IMG/VR virus record: IMGVR_UViG_3300020201_000009 | Coordinates: 32,001-96,000 of that record | Reading direction: 5' to 3' (one strand) | DNA: 64,000 nucleotides | Origin: a virus | Shown here: piece by piece, positions 19,672 through 27,524 of the stretch | How the letters are laid out: each line of letters opens with the position of its first letter | How positions within the stretch are numbered: the first letter of the stretch is position 1 | The notes under the pieces: model-generated | Seen by the model: only the letters and a program-made list of their open reading frames with translations | Databases searched by the model: none | Told to the model about the DNA's origin: nothing | Made by a program: the position numbers and the translations under genes

Positions 19672-20109
19672 TTATTCATCGCCTTCTGGACTACCATCGG
19701 ACAAGCTTTGGTTTTGTAATAAATTATTAATCACAATACACAAAAACTGAATATCCTTATCTTGGATAGACATTTTATTGGTCATAATCGATCCATCTTC
19801 TAGTTCTCCTGAATAAGCGTTTACGATCTCCGCGACCGCATTTGCGGTTATCATAGAAATTTTCACGTTTTGACCCTCGGAGAAGATTGGATTGCTTAGG
19901 ACATAAATTGCCTTATCGCCATCAACTCCTAAGATTGCTTGACAGAAGTTAGACTCTTTTAGTTCTGACATTGCGAGTTTAACTAGTTCTAGTTTAATGT
20001 GTTCTTGTGGTTTACTAACAAGAACCTTCTTTAAATCTGTTGGTATTACAAATGTGTCGCAATCGATAAAATGTGCGACAATTTGGTTTCTAATTTCTAA
20101 TAGAGTCAT
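19672..20109 (-). CDS. Hypothetical protein
   Basis: 145-aa first gene of the leftward operon, directly after a promoter. Confidence 0.75.
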   Translation of the reverse strand: MTLLEIRNQIVAHFIDCDTFVIPTDLKKVLVSKPQEHIKLELVKLAMSELKESNFCQAILGVDGDKAIYVLSNPIFSEGQNVKISMITANAVAEIVNAYSGELEDGSIMTNKMSIQDKDIQFLCIVINNLLQNQSLSDGSPEGDE

Positions 20110-20118
20110 TTACGCTTT

Positions 20119-20146
20119 ATACTATTCAATTGTAAGTATAAGTCAA
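20119..20146 (-). promoter_or_regulatory. sigma70-like promoter for the leftward operon
   Basis: TTGACT-16nt-TAGTAT, 9 nt before ATG 20109. Confidence 0.65.
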
Positions 20147-20331
20147 CATTTTTTTTTTGTTAAAAGTGCATAGTAGTCCTATGTGGCGCAGACACAAAGA
20201 CTTATAAAGTTTATAGAACTCATAAACAGTTTAAAACACTTGGGGAAACTTTAAGTAAGATCTTAAAACACCAAATATTAGACGAAAAAGTCATTTTGCG
20301 GCAAGTGAAGAACTTACTACCGATAAACTTT

Positions 20332-20601
20332 AAACAACTCTTCGGAGCCATTCGTCCAGCCCTGCGGTCTGAACTCATGGAACCTTCGGTTCATTGAAAG
20401 GCAATTTACATTTGCCATTCATTGTACAGTTTCTAAGTTGTACATTTTCCTTTTACTCACCATTTAGAAAACATACAGTTATTAACTGTAAAGTCTAATA
20501 ATGTACAAGTCTAAAACGGTAGAGGAAACTAGAAGAAAAATGCCTTTATAATGAACCGAAGGTTCACAACGATTCTTTACTTTAGTAAAGATGAGTTGTT
20601 T
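20332..20601. repeat. Nested imperfect palindrome (~270 bp), candidate replication origin/cruciform
   Basis: Inverted pairs 20332-40/20593-601, 20380-95/20550-65 (perfect 16 bp), 20397-403/20541-47 and 20438-46/20500-08, plus central palindrome 20474-90; located at the coding-strand switch. Confidence 0.75.
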
Positions 20602-20749
20602 GATTGGAAAACTTTACGGAATCTCGGACTTTACATTAGAATCTTTAGACTTACTAGACTCGCGTTGCTTCTCTAAGAATACTACCGTAAGAGATTTTTA
20701 ACAAACGCACTTTACAGAAAGGAAGATTAAAAGATTCTTTCTTTTTCAA

Positions 20750-21357
20750 TAAGAGCACCGCCCGCAGGGTGGGGCTCGTTCTGCCCCGAAGGGCCATAAC
20801 CCCCCAATGGAGCCCTTTTACATCACTTTGATTGACTCAAAAAGTGCGTATTATCGGTTATTCTAACCTACCCAACGTGTGATTAACTACCGGGCCACAA
20901 TTATAGTCAAGGCATTGTCATGCTCAGGGTGATCCCGCTTTTCATCTATTCAAATTCTTTTAGGTTTCAACCGTTATGTCGTTCAGCATTTCTCATAATC
21001 CGACTCGATAACCTGTTTTGACAGATCGGGACTACAAGGCCAAACACGTATCTAACCCGAATGTGAGGGTGTTTTATCACATTCTGTATGAGAATCTTAC
21101 TAATCCGCCCCGAGTTAATTCTCGGTTTCCACGTCCCAAAGGGCTCCTGAAGGGTCTCGTGCATAGTATTTCTACGTTTAAAGTAACGCATTAAGTTTTC
21201 AACCCCAATGGCCGTCACATCTTGACGGTAGTTTGACTGTCACGCTTAAACTTGTGAAGGACTTTCAAAAGTTATCTGGCCCTCGCGCAGGGCTCTAATT
21301 ATAAAGTATTATGTTAGTTTACGCCAAAAAAGGTTAATTTTATCTCAGGCGCTCTTA
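20750..21357 (-). ncRNA. Large, highly structured non-coding RNA candidate (~608 nt), family unassigned
   Basis: 5'/3' closing stem UAAGAGCGCC/GGUGCUCUUA; nested long-range stems 21336-28/20805-797, 21147-38/20818-09 and 21094-87/20997-90; many hairpins with G-U pairs that work only on the minus strand; C(UUCG)G loop; promoter directly upstream; no credible ORF. Confidence 0.75.
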
Positions 21358-21366
21358 ACTTTCACT

Positions 21367-21394
21367 ATAATACACATAATTTTTTGAAAGTCAA
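21367..21394 (-). promoter_or_regulatory. Promoter of the large ncRNA
   Basis: TTGACT-16nt-TATTAT with an overlapping GTGTA motif, about 10 nt upstream of the 5' closing strand. Confidence 0.7.
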
Positions 21395-21507
21395 CACAGT
21401 TTGCGTTAAAACTTTTTCGAAAAACCGAATCCATAAAAAAGTTTGCATCTAAAACATGTTGACTTTTGCCGCGTTTTAAGGGAAAATCCCTTTTAAGAAC
21501 AAATAAA

Positions 21508-22404
21508 ATGAAAATTTTCTCGGATGGGGCAGACTGCCCTCAGTGTCAAAGATGGAGAATCGAACGGGGTTTCAAGAAACTCGGCCATCAAATAGTTCTT
21601 GATATCAGTAAAGCCGATTTGATATATATTAATAATCCTTGGTATGATTCTATATATAAAGTTAATATATTAAAAAATAAAGTTAAAATCATTTTAAACA
21701 TTTTAGATTTGGCCCCGCATCTTGGAGATGATTTTCCACTAGAAAAGTTAAAGAAGTGTTTAAAAATGTCAGATGCTGTTACATGTATATCTGAAACAGT
21801 CAGAGACGATTGCACGGAAAGACTTAACATAACACCCCATGTTATTTACAATCCAATCATGGATGTTTTTTTACAAAAAAATCCCAAACCAAGAAAATTT
21901 AGAGCCCTTGCATCGGGAAGATTGCTTGACCCCAATAAGAGATCGCATTTGGGACTAATGGCATTGCAGGTACTCGGCGTAAAATCAGAAGAAATCGCAA
22001 TTTGCGGCTCAGAATATCCCGGATATGGAGAAAATTTGGGCATCGTAGGGGTAGACACTTTAAGAGAATTGTATAACGAAGTCGATTTTGTTTTGGTCAC
22101 TTCCCGACATGAGGGCTTGGGCTTACAGGTTCCCGAGGCGATGGCGGCGGGGGCTATCCCGGTTATATGTAATGATCTTTCTACGAAGCAGGAATTTTTA
22201 CCATCTATTTATTTTCCAGAGTACGACGAAGTTTACCCAAATGTAATATCTTTGGTTCATTTCATTTCTCGGTATATGGGTAGTCAAGAAAATATGTTGG
22301 ATTTCAAATCTAGGATTTATACCTATTACAATGCCAAATTGGCACATAAATTTAGTGATATCGGTGTTGCCAAATCAATTCTAGACATTTATTATAAACT
22401 ATAA
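21508..22404 (+). CDS. Glycosyltransferase (GT4)
   Basis: GRLLDPNKR; LYNEVDFVLVTSRHEGLGLQVPEAMAAGAIPV. ATG 21508 preferred over TTG 21466. Confidence 0.9.
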   Translation: MKIFSDGADCPQCQRWRIERGFKKLGHQIVLDISKADLIYINNPWYDSIYKVNILKNKVKIILNILDLAPHLGDDFPLEKLKKCLKMSDAVTCISETVRDDCTERLNITPHVIYNPIMDVFLQKNPKPRKFRALASGRLLDPNKRSHLGLMALQVLGVKSEEIAICGSEYPGYGENLGIVGVDTLRELYNEVDFVLVTSRHEGLGLQVPEAMAAGAIPVICNDLSTKQEFLPSIYFPEYDEVYPNVISLVHFISRYMGSQENMLDFKSRIYTYYNAKLAHKFSDIGVAKSILDIYYKL

Positions 22405-22405
22405 C

Positions 22406-23224
22406 ATGACAGCCGATTACATTTCCTCGTTAGTTAGTATCGTAATCTTAGACTATAAGAGACCGTTCGAAGCAGAGCTTCTTTTAGCCAGTCTTAAAAA
22501 ACATGCGCATTTTCCTTACGAACTCGTTTATGTAAGCAACGGGGGGGACCAAGGTTATGTACAAGAATTTTACAACCAAGGATTAATTGATATTTTAGTT
22601 CTTTCCAAAGAAAACGGCGGGACCGGGCTAGGTACTAGGTTGGGATTTAAAGCCGCATCTGGCGCATACGTAATGTATTTACAAGTTGACCAATGGTTAG
22701 GATCAGATATTTCGTCATTCGAAATCTCAGATATGGTAAATTTCCTCGTGCACCACCCAGAATGCTTCTATATCGATCTGGCTGGTAATCAGGGTCATGG
22801 CAATTACTCCGAAAGAGCGGGATTTCTAAATAGGGAGCGATATTTAAATATTCCAGAATTGGGAAAAGCATACGGAGGACCCGGTCCTTTCGCCCATATT
22901 CAATGGTCCGAAAATGGTGTTCAAGAGCATATTAAAAAGAATAATCTTAACATCGTCATTGGTCCCAAAGTTTTCGGAGACAATGGTAAAAATTCCGTTA
23001 GAGAATATCCTTGCGGTGGAATTTTAATGTTATCGACTGACGAAAAAAGACTAACTATTATTAAACAAATCAAAAAAAGGGCAGATTTTCCAAATTTGAA
23101 ATTAACAGACGCCGAGTGGGAACTAATTTTAGATGAAAAATGGATTGATGGTACAATTCCAGAGGGTCACAGGGATAGCAGTTTTGTTGCATGGAAAAAC
23201 GTGATTACGATTGCAAATTTGTAA
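22406..23224 (+). CDS. Glycosyltransferase (GT2 / GT-A)
   Basis: VSIVILDYKR...ELVYVSNG...ENGG...GFKAASGAYVMYLQVD. Confidence 0.8.
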   Translation: MTADYISSLVSIVILDYKRPFEAELLLASLKKHAHFPYELVYVSNGGDQGYVQEFYNQGLIDILVLSKENGGTGLGTRLGFKAASGAYVMYLQVDQWLGSDISSFEISDMVNFLVHHPECFYIDLAGNQGHGNYSERAGFLNRERYLNIPELGKAYGGPGPFAHIQWSENGVQEHIKKNNLNIVIGPKVFGDNGKNSVREYPCGGILMLSTDEKRLTIIKQIKKRADFPNLKLTDAEWELILDEKWIDGTIPEGHRDSSFVAWKNVITIANL

Positions 23225-23997
23225 TGATGAAAATTTCAATCTACAGCTCTGCTTGGTCGGCCAAAAAGATGGGATTCGATCTTAAAGGCGCGTTAGATAA
23301 TTGGTCTAAGTACGCCGATGAAATTATTATTGCGGTCAATAAATGCAATGAAACGTTTTTAGAAATCGCCGAATTGGAAAATCCAAAGGTAAGTATCGTC
23401 ATGACCGATATCGATTTTGAAAAAGACCCATTTGCATATGGTAAAGTCATTGATTCCGCGCTTCAATTTACATCGGGGGATTTACTTATTCAACAGGACT
23501 TAGACGAACGTTTCCGGGTAGATCCAGAAATGTTGCCGAAAATTTATAAGAGATTGAAGGATAATTTTTTTGGATCTTGTTTCGTACCTACAATTGACCT
23601 TTATGGAGATACCGAATCTTATGTTAATATTGGGAAAAAATGGTATATTCATTTACCGGGATTTCATCGTGGCCCTGTTAAATTTGGTATTAAGTCCGAT
23701 AATCACCCTGATTACAATAAGACCAGCACGGATGAGCTAATTGATAAAGACGGTAATCTTGTTCCGACATTAAATCTTTTTGATGGCAATATTAATGATC
23801 TTCAAAAATATGTTGAAAGAGGAATGCCTATTGTCTACCATCTTGGGTATTTGAACCTCATAGACAGGGCTGAACGCGCTAAGTGGTGGAAAGATTTTTG
23901 GGTTAGAGCTACAAATGGGGACTCTAATACACATATTACAGATGTCAAAGAATTACTGAAGAGAGAAACGAAAAAACATGGATTGCCGCTATGGTAA
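23224..23997 (+). CDS. Glycosyltransferase (GT2-like)
   Basis: ADEIIIAV, ALQFTSGDLLIQQDLDE (DxD), VYHLGY. Start probably 23224. Confidence 0.75.
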   Translation: MMKISIYSSAWSAKKMGFDLKGALDNWSKYADEIIIAVNKCNETFLEIAELENPKVSIVMTDIDFEKDPFAYGKVIDSALQFTSGDLLIQQDLDERFRVDPEMLPKIYKRLKDNFFGSCFVPTIDLYGDTESYVNIGKKWYIHLPGFHRGPVKFGIKSDNHPDYNKTSTDELIDKDGNLVPTLNLFDGNINDLQKYVERGMPIVYHLGYLNLIDRAERAKWWKDFWVRATNGDSNTHITDVKELLKRETKKHGLPLW

Positions 23998-24031
23998 ATC
24001 ACCGAAAATTTGAGGCGGAAAACAAAAAAAT

Positions 24032-24892
24032 ATGAATAAAATTTTTATAGGTATAATTACCCAAAATGAAAAATCTAATATTGAAGATCTTACGGCCTAT
24101 TATCGATATTTCGACGGGCTTGCGTCAGTTGATCATGGAAGCGACGATGGTACGTATGAAATTCTAGACGAAAGAAAGGGTGTGGGTTTTGTAGAAAAAA
24201 TTCCTTATTACGGGCATCATGGTCATTCCATGAACCATTTCCTTTTAAATCCAAAAATCGGCATTGGAGATTGGATACTTTTAAGGGATTCCAACGAAAG
24301 AATCAACGAGGATTTTGCCAAAAATATTCGCGGCTTTTTGAGTCAAATGGAAAATAACGGCATTGGCTCAATTTATCAATATAGCAAGTTGTTATTATTT
24401 AAAAGATTTCCCAATCAATTTTTTGCGAACACTCCTCATTGGGGATTACAAAACGCTCAACCAAAACATATTCAAATAGACCAACAGAATTGGTTTTCGT
24501 CCGATGAGAAATATTGTTATAGTGTGAGAAACAAAAATAGAGACTGTTGGCATTTTGTTGGAGCGTATCTTCGCTACTATCTCATGAAAGATAGTAATCA
24601 TTGTTTGCTTGGTTTAGAAAAAAATGGAGACCCAAATATCTTGTTTCCCATTAGAAATAACCGTCGGATTAGATTTCTTCTCGCGCTTGAAGAATATAGT
24701 ATTCCAGCAAGTAAAGACGCAGTAATTGATGTTGCTGGCCATTTATATAAATATCCTAATTTAACAATATTTTTTAATGAAGAAAAAATTTTAAATGACG
24801 CATATCGTTATCATATTCTAGGCGATAGACAATTCAAAGATAATCACGATTTTAAAGATATGGTAGAGATTAAGTCAACTACCCCGCCCTAA
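24032..24892 (+). CDS. Glycosyltransferase (GT2-like); the last residues come from the IS end
   Basis: IITQNE, VDHGSDDGT, DWILLRDSNE. Confidence 0.75.
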   Translation: MNKIFIGIITQNEKSNIEDLTAYYRYFDGLASVDHGSDDGTYEILDERKGVGFVEKIPYYGHHGHSMNHFLLNPKIGIGDWILLRDSNERINEDFAKNIRGFLSQMENNGIGSIYQYSKLLLFKRFPNQFFANTPHWGLQNAQPKHIQIDQQNWFSSDEKYCYSVRNKNRDCWHFVGAYLRYYLMKDSNHCLLGLEKNGDPNILFPIRNNRRIRFLLALEEYSIPASKDAVIDVAGHLYKYPNLTIFFNEEKILNDAYRYHILGDRQFKDNHDFKDMVEIKSTTPP

Positions 24893-26245
24893 AGGGCGAG
24901 GCTTGTAATACATAAAGTCCCAATTACTTGGAACTTAACGGTTTATATACGTTTGGCTTGTTGACAGAAGCCTGCCCGTCGAGTCCCGTAACCGCTAGGT
25001 CACTGAACGAAACAGGGAGTTTGGAACGACCGGCTATATTGATCGCCGCATTTACATCTGCGTCCAATACAGTTCCGTCCTTGCAGTAGTATCTACTGCC
25101 TTTTCTTTGACCATCCATCAATCCGGTTCTTGAGTCAATTTGACTCGTAAACCGAGGATTGATTAGCCTAACCGTTTTCCCGTATATGGGTGCCTTGTAT
25201 GTCAAAATTCTTTTGAGTTCCGCAAACGGAACTTGGCCGATCTTATTGTTGTTAGACCGACTCATCTTTTTCTTTTTCGTCTTGGCGTTCTTCAATCCCG
25301 TCAGGTCTTCCAATACCAGCGTATTTCCTTTTGTGTTTCTAATCAGCAGATTAGCTAGGACATGAGACTGATTTCTGTTCTTGTTCGCCTCTTTATGCCG
25401 AATCTTAAACAAGTGGCGTTTTGCCGACTTGGTTCCCTTTGCTTGCAGTTGTCTTTTCAGAAACCTTAACTTTCTTTTGTCCTTATTGAACTTCTTGTCG
25501 ATATAAATTTGTCCTTCGGAAGTAGCGATGGCCCGATTTACTCCGAGATCAATACCGGTCGCCAATTTATTTAATGGTTCGGGCTTGACGTTTACTTCAA
25601 ACGTAAAGGCTATCCAAATCTTGTCGTTCCGAAAGAAAAGCAAAGGGTCGCAGAATTCATACTCGGCCAACAAACCGTCCAATTTCGCGTAACGCTTGAA
25701 GTCTACAGTCACTCTTTTCTCTAACGAAGTCAGCAGTATTTTTCCCTTCTTGTAGGTGTAAATGCGCTTATCCAAGCGCATCGAAAGATTCTTCTTGTTG
25801 ATCGGACCTACAATTCTGTGTTTATTGCTTTTGACAGAGCGATACGAAGACAGACATTCAGCCTGCGCTCTTATCACTATTTGCGATGGAATTCCCGGAT
25901 TTTTGTCGCGAAATTGCCGGTAAAACTTAGCGTGAAGCTCAATCACGGAGTTTTTTCTCTTACTTCCGTCGCCATAGTGTATGACACTGGCCTCGTTAAA
26001 AGCCGACCGTTCGGCCTTTAAAACGGCAAGGATTTTTTCAAAGTCCGCTTGACTTTGAAACAAAACCTCCGTATTGTATGTTAAGTGAGTCACTTCACTG
26101 AAATATACACGCATTCTTCAACTCTTTTATACAAAAATCTTTCAATCTGTGATAAATAACTTATCTTGCTATTCCGCGAATACCGCCAAACCGGCGAGGC
26201 TTCCTCCCGGTCCTAAAGGACCGGGTTTCCGCCCCATCCCCTGAG
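24874..26245 (-). mobile_element. Non-autonomous IS200/IS605-family (IS1341-like, tnpB-only) element
   Basis: Left-end hairpin CCCGGTCC-TTTA-GGACCGGG (26225-26206) with GAAA guide; right-end hairpin (24901-24882) with CAAG guide, ending TTGAC; TAM TTCAT; no tnpA. Confidence 0.9.
24924..26114 (-). CDS. tnpB: RNA-guided endonuclease TnpB
   Basis: RuvC I GIDLGVN, RuvC II LVLEDL, RuvC III DADVNAAINIA; LTYKA and TSQ motifs. Confidence 0.95.
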   Translation of the reverse strand: MRVYFSEVTHLTYNTEVLFQSQADFEKILAVLKAERSAFNEASVIHYGDGSKRKNSVIELHAKFYRQFRDKNPGIPSQIVIRAQAECLSSYRSVKSNKHRIVGPINKKNLSMRLDKRIYTYKKGKILLTSLEKRVTVDFKRYAKLDGLLAEYEFCDPLLFFRNDKIWIAFTFEVNVKPEPLNKLATGIDLGVNRAIATSEGQIYIDKKFNKDKRKLRFLKRQLQAKGTKSAKRHLFKIRHKEANKNRNQSHVLANLLIRNTKGNTLVLEDLTGLKNAKTKKKKMSRSNNNKIGQVPFAELKRILTYKAPIYGKTVRLINPRFTSQIDSRTGLMDGQRKGSRYYCKDGTVLDADVNAAINIAGRSKLPVSFSDLAVTGLDGQASVNKPNVYKPLSSK

Positions 26246-26665
26246 ATGAAAATTTTTCTAGTATACATTAAGGATTGGCCGGAAGATACTTATCGTGTCA
26301 TTTCCGTTTATACGTATAAAAAAGACGCCGAAGAACAAGCTAGGCAACTTCAGGCAAGAGTAAAAGAGGTTGAATTAAATCCTCCCCATAGACTCCCAGT
26401 GGGCTACATTCTATGGGAGATTCATGCAGAAAAAGAAGGTGATATTACATATCTAAGACCAATTGACATTGAATATTGTAAAGATCTACCCGAAGTTGGA
26501 GTCCAATATCCAAAATATGGCATTGGAAATGAAGACTATGTTGGTTATGCAATCTACACCAAACTATGCAAGACGGCGGAAGATGCGAAAAGAGAGTGTC
26601 TAATCGACAGAGAAACAGCGATATCTAGGGGAGAATTCCCATACGACGGACAACCGCAAAAATAA
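26246..26665 (+). CDS. Hypothetical protein
   Basis: 139-aa ORF whose ATG abuts the IS left end. Confidence 0.7.
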   Translation: MKIFLVYIKDWPEDTYRVISVYTYKKDAEEQARQLQARVKEVELNPPHRLPVGYILWEIHAEKEGDITYLRPIDIEYCKDLPEVGVQYPKYGIGNEDYVGYAIYTKLCKTAEDAKRECLIDRETAISRGEFPYDGQPQK

Positions 26666-26668
26666 TTT

Positions 26669-27454
26669 ATGCAAATACCCATTACAATCTGTTTATTTAC
26701 AACCACAAAAGGTCATTGGGGTACTAAAGATCGCTACAAGGAAACGATTAATTGGTTGGACAACAAAATTCCCTTACGTTATTTTTCGGGTCTAGTGGCA
26801 AATATAAAAGTTTCCCCCGAAGACGAGGGAACGCCGCACCATGTAGAGATGTTGAGGTTTTTGACTTCGAAAGGGTTTTCAATCCATCAGGATATTTATT
26901 CTTGGGCTCATGGTGCAGAATCTCACCAGAAGGGTTACATAAACGATATGCGGAAAGTATATAACAATCCTAAGGTTTTAAAAACGCCCTATGTACTTCA
27001 CCTTGAAGACGATTGGAAAATTAATTCTTTAGACGGCGAATTAATCGATTGGATTCGTATAGCGTTGAGTGTTCTAGATGAAGACCCGGAAATTTTACAA
27101 GTTCGCTTTGCTAGATTTTCCGACGAATATGATAGAATTCTAGGTTTGAAAGCCAAACATAATATTGACGGGAAGGTTAAGATTTTGACCGATAATATTT
27201 TTGCTTCCAACGACCTTAGCTTAAACCCGTCTATCTTTAGAGGGAGGGATTTAAAGAACGCTTTGATTCTTTATCTTCGTAACCTTCCAAATCTTCCCTT
27301 ACATGTTGAAATGGGTTTTTCAATTGCTCTTAAATACTTTAGTGAGAGCGCCACCCCCTTTGCGGTATTAAATCCTGAAAAAGTAAAGGCCGCTCATATT
27401 GGTAGCCCCCTTGGGGGCGAGGACGACCCTTTAATACTTAAGAAAGCCGATTAA
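26669..27454 (+). CDS. Glycosyltransferase-like protein (GT-A)
   Basis: TPYVLHLEDDW (EDD motif), SLNPSIFR, HIG. Confidence 0.7.
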   Translation: MQIPITICLFTTTKGHWGTKDRYKETINWLDNKIPLRYFSGLVANIKVSPEDEGTPHHVEMLRFLTSKGFSIHQDIYSWAHGAESHQKGYINDMRKVYNNPKVLKTPYVLHLEDDWKINSLDGELIDWIRIALSVLDEDPEILQVRFARFSDEYDRILGLKAKHNIDGKVKILTDNIFASNDLSLNPSIFRGRDLKNALILYLRNLPNLPLHVEMGFSIALKYFSESATPFAVLNPEKVKAAHIGSPLGGEDDPLILKKAD

Positions 27455-27478
27455 TGGCACCGATGGGACAGCCAAAAG

Positions 27479-27506
27479 AAACCCGGTTGTTACGCCGGGT
27501 TTTTTT
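27479..27506. terminator. Probably bidirectional terminator between convergent genes
   Basis: AAACCCGG-8nt-CCGGGTTTTTTT. Confidence 0.8.
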
Positions 27507-27524
27507 ATTGTTTTTAAGTGTCGA

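Noticed and set aside
20160-20750. CRISPR array in the intergenic hub
   Set aside because: The repeats are inverted or very short; there is no constant repeat-spacer periodicity and no cas gene. TnpB here is IS-associated.
20967-21218. 83-aa minus-strand ORF
   Set aside because: GTG start, no recognisable motifs, and it lies wholly within the base-paired RNA core; probably spurious.
20760-21260. RNase P RNA identity for the large ncRNA (GAAAGUCC and CAGAAC words are present)
   Set aside because: The two segments cannot form the universal P4 helix: AAGUCCUUC has no GGCUU partner after CAGAAC.
20750-21357. tmRNA or tRNA identity for the ncRNA
   Set aside because: No GGGG...CCA tRNA-like acceptor end or T-arm was found; no cloverleaf was noticed anywhere in the window.
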